DNA of 64,000 bases, from positions 128,001 through 192,000 of the forward strand of contig CALSSJ010000012.1 in the NCBI GenBank assembly GCA_943788985.1. Reading direction: 5' to 3'. Shown here piece after piece: positions 1 through 9,043 of this stretch (positions are counted from its first letter, which is position 1; each line of letters opens with the position of its first letter). The DNA is from an uncultured Lentisphaerales bacterium. Its GTDB lineage: Bacteria; Verrucomicrobiota; Lentisphaeria; JABSQK01; UBA12247. A model generated the notes under the pieces. It saw only the letters and a program-made list of their open reading frames with translations. It was not told the origin of the DNA and did not search any database. The translations under genes and the position numbers were made by a program.

Positions 1-10
1 TCTTATAGTT

Positions 11-1573
11 GTGCTTTCTCATTCGCAAGTCACTGTAAGGCAGTGGTTTCTGAAGTTTTCTGGTGTGCAGTATGGGACTGCATTGATAGTCGATGAAACC
101 GAGATGCAGGATGACCTTTTGCCAGCGACGGAGGAGTCGGACCCCGCACATATTCGGATAGGTGATGGTAGGCGTATGGTCGCGATGCTGCGCGGCGGCG
201 GGAGGATTAAGCTGACGGAGCCGCACGGCATCTCCGCGGAGGCGGTGAGCTACCGGATCGAGCGAAGTTCGGCGGGACTGAGCGAGCTGGCCTGGCGTTG
301 TCCGGGGATAGGCTTGGGGCCGGGGGATCTGCTTTTGGCGGTGGGGTTTGCGGTATTCGCAATCTGCGGAGTTCGCAAACGAGCTTGGCGAAGCATGGTG
401 CCGCCGCTGCCGGTGGTGGGAGTATTGGTCGCCGTGATCTGGTCGTTCAGTCCGCTTCGCCCCTGCGATGGCTCGTTTTTGGAGCCCGATGTAATGACTG
501 GCCTAAAGGAGTTGGTACAGATGATGCTAATTTTGGTCTGCGGATTTTGTACCGTGAGGCGATTGTTGCGGATCAAAGGTGCAATTCCGGTAGTGCTTTG
601 GACTTGGCTGTGTTGCGGCCTGTGCTGTTGCGTAGTGGGGCTGGTCGAGTTGCAGCAGATCCTGCGGAGTCCGCAACCAACTCTGCAGTACTGGGATTCC
701 ACGTTTGGCTTTCTCTACAACCTCACGCAGAGCGGTGCCGTGGGCAGCGAATCGTCGCAGCATGTCTTTTCGGCATATCTAGGCCTGCTGCTGCCAATCG
801 CGTTTGGCTGCTTGGTGCATGGCGAGGGCCGGTTGCAGTTGCTGGGGGCGCTCACGGCTGTTGCCGCACTGAGTTGTCAGTTGCACCTTGGCTTCTTGGT
901 GGGCAGTGTGCTCGCGGTGGGTTGTGTTGCGAACTCGGCAAAGCGCAGCTGGGTGCTGCCAGCGGCGTTGCTCGGCTGCGTGATCGTGGTCGGCACTCTC
1001 GTGGCGGTTCAGCCGGTGCGTGGACAGGCGCTGGTGAACTCGGTGGCGCTGCATCGAATGGCGGATAGCCTGGGCTTGATGCCGCCGCCGAACACGCATG
1101 CGACTGCGGACATGGAGCTGTGGGAACCCGTGCAGCAGAAGTACCTAGAATCGCAGGCGGCGCTAAATGCAGCATCATTTTCGCCGTTGGTGGGCTACGG
1201 GGCGGGAAGCTACCAGCTGCGAATCAACGCGTTCTATGCCGCGGCAATTGACCCGGCGCTGGCTTTGCGCAAGGCACCGGTGAATCTGATGGAGCGTGAT
1301 GCCCACAGCCAGTACAAGGTGGCACTGGTAGAGACGGGCGTGCTTGGGGTGCTTGCCTGGTTGTGGTTATGGTTCGGGGCGTTGCGGAGTTCGCAAAGCC
1401 TGCGTGACCCGTTGTTGCGAGCGGTGACGGCTGGGGCTCTGGTGGCGCTTTTGGCGGGGGCCTGTTTCGGGACATTCTCGGTGCGTGGCCTGCAGACTTT
1501 GATGATGGTTGTACTGGCGTTGGCGATGTCCACGACAGCGGAGCCCGGGGCGCCGAGTAAGCGGGAGTGCTAA
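11..1573 (+). CDS. O-antigen ligase-like (Wzy_C) multi-pass membrane protein, probably 5'-truncated by the window edge
   Basis: About 11 hydrophobic segments; PLVGYGAGSY and DAHSQY..LVETGVLG motifs typical of the WaaL/Wzy_C periplasmic loop; frame is open back to base 2. Confidence 0.7.
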   Translation: MLSHSQVTVRQWFLKFSGVQYGTALIVDETEMQDDLLPATEESDPAHIRIGDGRRMVAMLRGGGRIKLTEPHGISAEAVSYRIERSSAGLSELAWRCPGIGLGPGDLLLAVGFAVFAICGVRKRAWRSMVPPLPVVGVLVAVIWSFSPLRPCDGSFLEPDVMTGLKELVQMMLILVCGFCTVRRLLRIKGAIPVVLWTWLCCGLCCCVVGLVELQQILRSPQPTLQYWDSTFGFLYNLTQSGAVGSESSQHVFSAYLGLLLPIAFGCLVHGEGRLQLLGALTAVAALSCQLHLGFLVGSVLAVGCVANSAKRSWVLPAALLGCVIVVGTLVAVQPVRGQALVNSVALHRMADSLGLMPPPNTHATADMELWEPVQQKYLESQAALNAASFSPLVGYGAGSYQLRINAFYAAAIDPALALRKAPVNLMERDAHSQYKVALVETGVLGVLAWLWLWFGALRSSQSLRDPLLRAVTAGALVALLAGACFGTFSVRGLQTLMMVVLALAMSTTAEPGAPSKREC

Positions 1574-1667
1574 GGTGGCAGATGAAAGGGTGGCAAGGCG
1601 CGCTTGGCGTTTGGCAGCGTGCGAGTACAGTTAGTGTGTGTCTGCTGCGCCACTGGACCCTCGTTCT

Positions 1668-3473
1668 ATGAAAAAGATTTTCCTCGCTCTACTTGTCGCT
1701 TTGGCGGCGAGCGTCTGTCAGGCAAACTCTGTGATCCCGCTGTCCCACAAGGATGCGATGGACTGGTTTGCCGCAAAAGGCGGGACGGTCGAGAAGCTGG
1801 ACGACGGGACGCACGCAGTTCGGGTGACGAGAGAGTCACGCAACCATTGGCAGCGCGGCTGGGAAGGCACGGTCCGCGATATCGATGTTATTGCCTACAT
1901 CGATAACGTTTCGATCATCGAAGTGGATGGGGTGCCAATTGATGACGCGCGGTTGGTAAACATTGCCACGGAGCGGGAACTGACGGAGTTGGTGATCAAC
2001 AGTGCCGAACTGAGTGACACGAGCATGGAATTGGTGGCACAGCTGTGCCCAAGTTTGACCAAGCTGGCGTTGCAGGGATCTAGGGTGCAGGGCGCACACT
2101 TTGCGGCACTAGCACGGCTGCCAGCATTGCGTGAGCTAGACGTTAGAGGGGCACCGCTTGAGGCCAGATACCTGAGGATCTTGTGGCGGTTGAATTCGCT
2201 GCGCCGCTTGGTACTGGCCGATACGACTGTGGGGGACCCGGACGTTGCGGAGCTTACGCCGTTGAAGCAGTTGGAGTACCTGGATCTGTCCGGGACAGCG
2301 GTGACGGATGCCGGAATCTCGCTGCTGCGCGATTTGCCTGCGCTTACGCATCTCGAGCTAGCGCGCACCGCAGTGGAAGCGCGCGTGCCGCTGGGGCGGA
2401 TGCCGCTGCGCTACCTTGGGCTGGCAAGGACGGCGATCGATGATGACTCGCTGCCAGTGCTGGGGACGCTGTGGGATCTTAAGAATTTGGATCTGAGCTA
2501 TACGAAGGTCACAGATAAAGGAATGGCCAAGATGCGGACGCTGGCGCTGCACGGTTTGCGCTTGGAGGGCGTGCCACTTTCGAGTGCCGGGCTGGTTTAC
2601 TTGAGTGACATGCCGCAATTGGAGCGCCTGTTTCTCGATGGTGTGCAGGGACATCAACTGGCTGCACTGCAGCGGCTGCGAAAGGTGCAGGATCTGACGT
2701 TGCGGAATTCGCAGATTGAGTTGGTGCGTTTGAGTGGCATGCCCGCGTTGCGCCGGTTGGAGATCAGCGGCGAAGTTTTTGCGTTGGAGCTAAACGAGAT
2801 GGCCGGGATGCGCGAGTTGGAGCTGGAGGATTGCAAGATCCGGACGATTGAGCTGAGCGTGCTGCCAGAGCTAAGGGTAGCGAGGCTCCCGGGGCATCAT
2901 TACAACTTGCCGTCGCCGGACGCGGAGCGGTTGGTGCAGTCTCCATTACCGGAGATCGTGTCAGTCAAAATGCGCAAAGTTGGGGTGTCCACGCTGCGCA
3001 TCGCTGCGCGCATAGACCAACTGGACTTGATCGATATGCCCGGATTGCATCATCTGGATGTGGCTTTCTCGAAGATTCGCGAGCTGTCGCTGGATGTGGA
3101 CCATCTAACGCATTTGCGTGTAGGAGGACAAACGGTGGCAGCGCTGCCGACGGATTTTTTCTTTGCGCAATCTTCGCTCACCAATGTCTTTCTCTGGGGT
3201 CCGAGCATCACGGACTCTCATTTGGCGGAGGTCGCAAAGTCGGAGACCTTGCGGGGTGTCCACTTGCGGCAGGCAAGTGTGACGCAGCACGGCGTGCGTT
3301 TTCTGCGCTGGATCCCGACGCTGTCGGGCGTGTATGCTGACGAATACTACGTGCAGCTCAATGGCCTGCCTGACTTCGAGGAGGGAGAGTTTGCAGCGCC
3401 GTTTCTAATTCAGAATGACGATCAGATCGCGGCTGCGTGGCCGACTCCGTGGTTCGACTCAAACGCCCGCTAG
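1668..3473 (+). CDS. Secreted leucine-rich repeat protein
   Basis: ATG 1668 gives signal peptide MKKIFLALLVALAASVCQA; many LxxLxLxxTxVTDxG repeats (LEYLDLSGTAVTDAG, LKNLDLSYTKVTDKG). Confidence 0.85.
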   Translation: MKKIFLALLVALAASVCQANSVIPLSHKDAMDWFAAKGGTVEKLDDGTHAVRVTRESRNHWQRGWEGTVRDIDVIAYIDNVSIIEVDGVPIDDARLVNIATERELTELVINSAELSDTSMELVAQLCPSLTKLALQGSRVQGAHFAALARLPALRELDVRGAPLEARYLRILWRLNSLRRLVLADTTVGDPDVAELTPLKQLEYLDLSGTAVTDAGISLLRDLPALTHLELARTAVEARVPLGRMPLRYLGLARTAIDDDSLPVLGTLWDLKNLDLSYTKVTDKGMAKMRTLALHGLRLEGVPLSSAGLVYLSDMPQLERLFLDGVQGHQLAALQRLRKVQDLTLRNSQIELVRLSGMPALRRLEISGEVFALELNEMAGMRELELEDCKIRTIELSVLPELRVARLPGHHYNLPSPDAERLVQSPLPEIVSVKMRKVGVSTLRIAARIDQLDLIDMPGLHHLDVAFSKIRELSLDVDHLTHLRVGGQTVAALPTDFFFAQSSLTNVFLWGPSITDSHLAEVAKSETLRGVHLRQASVTQHGVRFLRWIPTLSGVYADEYYVQLNGLPDFEEGEFAAPFLIQNDDQIAAAWPTPWFDSNAR

Positions 3474-5656
3474 CGCCGCTACTGGCGGCGTTCTTCCTGG
3501 TGCCGTGCATGGTATGCGGGGTGACGCCTGAACAGGTTCAGGGGCGGATCGACGAGCTGGCTAAGAGGATCAAGGGCAGCCAATCTGGGAACGGTGCGTG
3601 GAATTATCCTGGCCGCAGATCGGGCTTCACGGCGTTGCAACTGTTGGCGTTGGGACATGCAGGGCTAACCGAGGAGGATCGGGCGGTTTCAAGAGCCTGT
3701 AAATTTCTCCAAAGAAACTTTCCCAATAACGATACGTACGGGGTCGGGCTGTATGCCGCGGCGTTCGAAGTGATTAACCCGAAGAAGTATCGAGCGGAGA
3801 TCCAGAAAGCGGCGAAGTGGCTGATCGAGCGGCAGGCAAGGAATGGTACGTGGGATTACCAAGGGGAGAATAACGGCGATAACTCCGTGACACAGTTTGC
3901 GCTATTGGGCCTGAAGGCGGCGTTGAATGCCGGGGTGGCCGTGGACCAGAAAGTGCTGGACCTCAGCGAAAGTCATTTCCGGCGAACGCAACTGGGCGAT
4001 GGTGGCTGGGGCTATTCAGACCAGGTGGCACAGATGTCCCCCAGCATGATTCCGGCAGGACTGACCGCCTTGCACGTAGCAGGCGTGAAGGAGCGAAAAT
4101 CGCTGGAGCTAGAGAAGGGCCCCGAGTTTATCGGTAGATACGAGATGGATCCGGCGGTGAGCAAAGGGATCGCGGCGATGTCTCGTAGCCTGGGGTTCAG
4201 CAATGCGTACCTGGCGTATGGGATCGAGCGCGTTGGAATTTTTTATGACCGGCAGTTTCTGGGGAACGTCGAGTGGTATCCTACTGGCTGCGCAGCCATC
4301 GTGAGGCGTGAGGTGGCCGTGCCCAAGCTCGGGCGCGGGCGCGGGTTGTTCGGGAGACAAGTCGGGGGAACGAGCCAAAACTTGGCGTTCAACCTGCTAT
4401 TTCTGGCCAAGGGCGACAAGCCGCAGCTATTGACCAAGGTCCGTTGGGGGGCGACCAATGATTGGAACTTACGGTTCCACGACTCAAGAAACATGATTCG
4501 GGTCTTGTCTCTGCAGTTTCAACAGAAGCTGGATTGGCAGAGCGCGACTCTTCAAGATGAGCCGGCCCGCATGAACCGGACGCCAATCGTGTACATCAGC
4601 GGGCACAAGTCGTTCGCCCTAACCACCACAGAGCGCCAGAATCTGTTCGATTTCGTGGAGACTGGCGGCACCGTGATGATCGCCCCGAATTTGTTGCAGC
4701 GTTCGTTCATCCGGGACCTGAGGACCGAGTTGGGAACGTTGTATGCGGGCGGAAAGTTCGTCAAAATCCCGGCAGAGCACGAGGTGCGCGGTATGTATCA
4801 CGACCTCTGGGGAAAGGAATTGCCGATGCGGGTCTGGCGGGACGGCTGTATGCTCCGGCGCATTTTTATTTTTGAGCAGGACTTTTCATTGGATTTCGAG
4901 AGAGAGAGCCCGGGGCAAACAAGTCGGCAGTTGCTTGCGAATGTGGCGCGCTTTGCGCTCCGTGAAAAGCCTTTGGTAAATCGTTTGGCAGAGATTGCGC
5001 GACCGCAGGCGCGCCAGCAGCAGAGTGGCGGGCGCTACGAGGACACGCGAGGCTCACGAGAAGGCGCATTTACGATCGCGCAGGTGCTGTATGGCGGGGA
5101 GGACGACATTGATCCGCAGGCGGTGAACAATGAGCTGGGGTTTCTGCGCCAAGCGTTGAAGTTACCCACCGCACCTAAGCGCGCTACGGTCAATCCGTCG
5201 ACCGAAAAGCTGCATCTGCACCCGCTGCTCTACATGTGCGGGCACGAACCTTTTAGTTTTGACTTTACCGCGCGTCGCAGATTGCGCGATCACCTGCAGC
5301 GTGGCGCGGTGTTGCTGGCGAATGCCTGCTGTGGATCCGAGGAATTCGATCAGGCCTTCCGGGCGGAAATGAGCGAAATGTTCCCTGGCAAGGAGCTGGT
5401 CCGGGTTCCCACCAGCAGCCCGGTCTACCACGAGCCGTTCGAACTCGTGCCGGAGCCAAACTCAAGTTTAAGGCGAAAGGGCGTGGATACTGAATATGTC
5501 TGGGGGATCCGCCACAACGAGCGCTACATCGTGCTGTACTCACCGTACGACTACAGCTGTGCGATCGAGACCACGCAAGATGATATCGAGGCATTTACAG
5601 AGGAGTTTGGGTATCGGTTATTCACCAACCTCGTGTCCTACGGGATGACCTACTGA
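3437..5656 (+). CDS. Prenyltransferase/squalene-cyclase repeat protein with two DUF4159-like domains
   Basis: QW-like motifs (QSGNGAW, QARNGTWDY, QLGDGGWGY), DNSVTQFALLGL; two C-terminal domains (PIVYISGH..GGTV; PLLYMCGH..NACCGSEEFDQAFRAEM); true start may be slightly downstream. Confidence 0.8.
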   Translation: MADSVVRLKRPLAPLLAAFFLVPCMVCGVTPEQVQGRIDELAKRIKGSQSGNGAWNYPGRRSGFTALQLLALGHAGLTEEDRAVSRACKFLQRNFPNNDTYGVGLYAAAFEVINPKKYRAEIQKAAKWLIERQARNGTWDYQGENNGDNSVTQFALLGLKAALNAGVAVDQKVLDLSESHFRRTQLGDGGWGYSDQVAQMSPSMIPAGLTALHVAGVKERKSLELEKGPEFIGRYEMDPAVSKGIAAMSRSLGFSNAYLAYGIERVGIFYDRQFLGNVEWYPTGCAAIVRREVAVPKLGRGRGLFGRQVGGTSQNLAFNLLFLAKGDKPQLLTKVRWGATNDWNLRFHDSRNMIRVLSLQFQQKLDWQSATLQDEPARMNRTPIVYISGHKSFALTTTERQNLFDFVETGGTVMIAPNLLQRSFIRDLRTELGTLYAGGKFVKIPAEHEVRGMYHDLWGKELPMRVWRDGCMLRRIFIFEQDFSLDFERESPGQTSRQLLANVARFALREKPLVNRLAEIARPQARQQQSGGRYEDTRGSREGAFTIAQVLYGGEDDIDPQAVNNELGFLRQALKLPTAPKRATVNPSTEKLHLHPLLYMCGHEPFSFDFTARRRLRDHLQRGAVLLANACCGSEEFDQAFRAEMSEMFPGKELVRVPTSSPVYHEPFELVPEPNSSLRRKGVDTEYVWGIRHNERYIVLYSPYDYSCAIETTQDDIEAFTEEFGYRLFTNLVSYGMTY

Positions 5657-5716
5657 GTCCGCTGCGCGCGCGAGCCTCGCGGCAAGAGGAATGGCCCGCT
5701 CCGGTGAGAGTGCGAT

Positions 5717-6234
5717 CTAGTCGAGCGCTCGTTTGGCATTGCAACGTGTGTGTGGGGGGGCATGCGGGCGCAGGCGCAGCGCGCGAATCAAAACATGCGT
5801 GCCCTCATCGTTCCGAAAAAGCCAAAGCAATCCGGCTGCAAGGTTGTTGTTGAAGCTGTGCTCAACAGGAGAGCGCGCCACGGCCAGTCGAAACTGCTTC
5901 ACTGCTTCGGTTATACCGCCTGCCTCTTCGTATCCCAGGCCGAGCTTATGGGGCCTCAAGCCGTGCCATCATACTTTGCGATCGAGTCCTGCTACAGAGT
6001 GAAACTGGATTGCCAGACGCGAACCCGCGAAATCGACAATCCGGTCAGGATCAGTAGCATGATGACTGCAGCAACTATACGCATCTTCCGAGTGGGAAGC
6101 TGTGCGGATGCCAAGGCCAAAAGCAGAAATGGCCCAAAGCAGGCGAGGTATCGATAGCGATCTGGACGTACGGTCGAGATGTGAGTCAGGTTGGCGACCG
6201 ACGCAAGAGCGGGCACCGATTTATTTAAACGCAC
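5717..6234 (-). pseudogene. Remnant of a TMTC-like membrane/TPR protein
   Basis: DRYRYLACFG..RVRVWQSSFTL*QDSIAK (in-frame TAG 5992-5994 where W is expected), then a frameshift into a TPR-like segment (LGLGYEEAG..AVKQFRLAVARSP..NNLA). Confidence 0.55.
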
Positions 6235-6352
6235 AGCAAGTCAGGAGCTGAGAACACATCTCTGCCCAGACGATGGTGATGGAAAAACGACCAGAGCCCG
6301 GAAACTGTGCGGGTGCGCGGAGCGGGCAACCATTTCGTGCTTGGTGCGGCCG

Positions 6353-6694
6353 TCAGCCTACGGCGCCGTGGCCCCGTTCTTCGGTGCGAATGCGAATGCA
6401 TTGCTCAAGGTTTGTGACGAAGATCTTGCCATCGCCAATCGCGCCTGATTTTGCGCCGTTGATGACCGCCTGGATTGTTCGATCGACAAAGTCTTCATTG
6501 ACTGCGATCTCGATCCGCACCTTATCCAGCAGATTCACAGTATGGACCTGGCCGCGATAGCTTTCTTCGATGCCGCCTTGGGTTCCGCACCCGCGCACGC
6601 GGCTTACGGTCATACGTTTGACATCAATCGCAGTAAGTGCGTTCTTTACGTCGTCCAGCTTTTCCGGCTGAATGATTGCTGTAACCATCTTCAT
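6353..6694 (-). CDS. glnK: P-II nitrogen regulatory protein
   Basis: AIIQPEKLDDV, T-loop ESYRG, GAIGDGKIFV, IRIRT; AGGAGG RBS; directly downstream of amtB. Confidence 0.95.
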   Translation of the reverse strand: MKMVTAIIQPEKLDDVKNALTAIDVKRMTVSRVRGCGTQGGIEESYRGQVHTVNLLDKVRIEIAVNEDFVDRTIQAVINGAKSGAIGDGKIFVTNLEQCIRIRTEERGHGAVG

Positions 6695-6706
6695 CGTCAA
6701 TGCCTC

Positions 6707-7990
6707 CTAAAGGGCTTCTTCTGGATTGGCTTCAATGTGGTGAACGGTCAAGTCCGATCCCATGCTTTCCTGCTGTTCGTTGAGTCGGATTCCCACTGTC
6801 ATCTTCAACGCACCATAGACAACGAACCCAGAAACAGCCGCAAAAGTGGCAATCCCCACACTTATCAGCAGCTGTGACCTCAGGCTCACGCCACCGAGGC
6901 CACCCAACGATTCAGCGCCGAAGATGCCAGCAGCGATCCCCCCCCACAGTCCACAGACACCATGCAACGGCCAGACGCCGAGCACGTCGTCGATCTTCCA
7001 TTTATTGGTTTCGATCTCGAAGAGAAAAACGAACAATGCACCGGCAATCGCGCCGACAGCGAGAGCACCGAGCGGATGATAAAGATCCGAGCCAGCGCAG
7101 ACTGCGACCAATCCTGCGAGGGCACCGTTGTGGACGAAGCCAGCGTCATTTTTAGAAAAAAGCATCGCGGCAATCGTACCACCAACCATGGCAAGGAGTG
7201 AATTCATCGCCACGAGCCCCTGGATGTCCTTAATCGCCCCCGCGCTCATGACGTTAAAGCCAAACCAGCCGACAATGAGAACCCAGCTTCCCAAGGCGAG
7301 AAACGGAATGCTGCTGACTTTGATCCCGCTGTTCTGGCCGTAGCGCTTGAGCCGTGCGCCCAAGAGGATGATGGCTGGCAGTGCGATCCAGCCGCCAGTG
7401 GCGTGGACAACCGCGGAACCAGCGAAGTCATGAAAAGGCGCGCCAAACTTGGTCGCGAGCCAGCCAGTGTCAGACGCGATGCCAGCACTGAATCGTCCCC
7501 AAGTAAATCCCTCGATTAGTGGATAAACAAGACCGACAAATATCATGCCAGCAATCGAGTTGGGCCAGAATTTGGCGCGCTCGGCGACACCACCGGAGAT
7601 AATGGCTGGAATGCAGGCTGCAAAACCAAGAAAGAGGAAGAACCTAATGTATTCGATGCCATTCAGCCCGCTGACGTCCGCGATCGGCCCAATGAGATTC
7701 ATGCCGCGGGCGAGGGGGTAGCCGATGAATAGATAGAGAATGGTAGAGAAACACCATTCTCCCAGAATCTTGTTGAGGGCGTTTACCTGATTCTTCTTTC
7801 TGACCGAGCCCACTTCAAGAAAGGCAAAGCCAGCGTGCATGGAGAGAATCATTACCCCGCCGATGAGGATGAAGAGCGCGTCAGATGAGCTAGCAAGAGC
7901 ATCTGGTGCGGCTTCCTCCGCGCTTGCTGAGATGCCTAGGAGAAGAAATAGAAGGACCGGGAACAATCGAAATCTGAGAAGGGTAAGCAT
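6707..7990 (-). CDS. amtB: Ammonium transporter
   Basis: MHAGFAFLEVG, SGGVAER, HDFAGSAVVH, GWFGFN, DDVLGVWPLHG (twin His); start placed at ATG 7990 (signal-like MLTLLRF..). Confidence 0.95.
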   Translation of the reverse strand: MLTLLRFRLFPVLLFLLLGISASAEEAAPDALASSSDALFILIGGVMILSMHAGFAFLEVGSVRKKNQVNALNKILGEWCFSTILYLFIGYPLARGMNLIGPIADVSGLNGIEYIRFFLFLGFAACIPAIISGGVAERAKFWPNSIAGMIFVGLVYPLIEGFTWGRFSAGIASDTGWLATKFGAPFHDFAGSAVVHATGGWIALPAIILLGARLKRYGQNSGIKVSSIPFLALGSWVLIVGWFGFNVMSAGAIKDIQGLVAMNSLLAMVGGTIAAMLFSKNDAGFVHNGALAGLVAVCAGSDLYHPLGALAVGAIAGALFVFLFEIETNKWKIDDVLGVWPLHGVCGLWGGIAAGIFGAESLGGLGGVSLRSQLLISVGIATFAAVSGFVVYGALKMTVGIRLNEQQESMGSDLTVHHIEANPEEAL

Positions 7991-8182
7991 GGTTTTTCCA
8001 GTAATCGGTGGAGGATGCGGCTGGCTTTGGGCGCTAGAGAGTGAAGCGGGGAGATTCTCGATGTGAGAACTACAATTATGTTCATATGCTATGCAGAGAT
8101 GTATATTATGGCTTGAATCTGTCCCGGCCACTGATTCTCAGGCATTTAGGAGCCAGCACGCCAGGCTCGGCAAGCTGTTTGG

Positions 8183-9035
8183 CTACTGAGCGGTGGCGAG
8201 CGAGCGCCAAGCTTGCTCTTCCGCGTCCGCGATGCTGAGCAAGAGCGGGTTGATCGTCTCCAGGCCCTGTGCCGGTGCTGGCGCTCCGAACTGGTGGTGG
8301 AACGAGGTTGCAGCTTCTGGCCGAAGGTTTTCGATGCGATTGAACTGCTCTGCAGCCTTGTCAAATGTGTTGTCTTTAGTGACGACAGCAACCTCGCGAA
8401 GAAAGCGGCTGAACATTGTGGCGAAAGAGCCCACTGCCGGTTCTAGCCTTGGCTTCAATGAAGACGCAGCCATTGTTCAGTGCGCTTCGGAGTTGATCTG
8501 CAGGCACGGATTCTCCCCAGGATGGCACCATTTTGGCGGGTTTGCGGAGGGCCAGAGCAAGCTAGTCCATGGCGAATTGGTGAACACCGTCACAATCTGC
8601 GATTGTGACGGTATCCGATGCGGGGGATAGCCGCAGGCGACGGCGATATACCCGCCGAAATGGAATTTATTGCCGCCGAAGTCGAAGTAGCGGAGGTAGC
8701 CCATGTCTACTTGCAGCATAACCAGCTGATTATCTTGCAAGAGCTCAAGCAAGCTAGCGCGTGCGCGCCCGAAGCTGGTGGAGGTTTTGCCCGTTACGGC
8801 CACGCCGGTAAAGGTGCCAGCGAAGTTATTCGAGGCTTGGCTTAGGCGTGGCGCAGCGTCCCAAAAAGGGCGGGGCGCCTTTCGTGTGGCAGTAGATGAA
8901 GCCGACGCCACGATTAAGGCCAAGCAGCATTTCTTCGGGTAGGGGATGGCCGTTAAAACGAACGATCTGTTGGAGGGAGCCGGTGACGCAGTGTTGGGTG
9001 GGCTTGCCCTCGGGGCCGGGAACTGTGTGCGGCAC
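8183..9035 (-). pseudogene. Fragmented BtrH_N/DUF4872-like protein
   Basis: Three frames carry consecutive family motifs: HCVTGSL..EEMLLGL..GFIY; VDMGYLRYF..HFGG.IAVACGY; FSRFLREVA..IADAEEQAW; stop and frameshifts between them. Confidence 0.65.
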
Positions 9036-9043
9036 CAGCGTGG

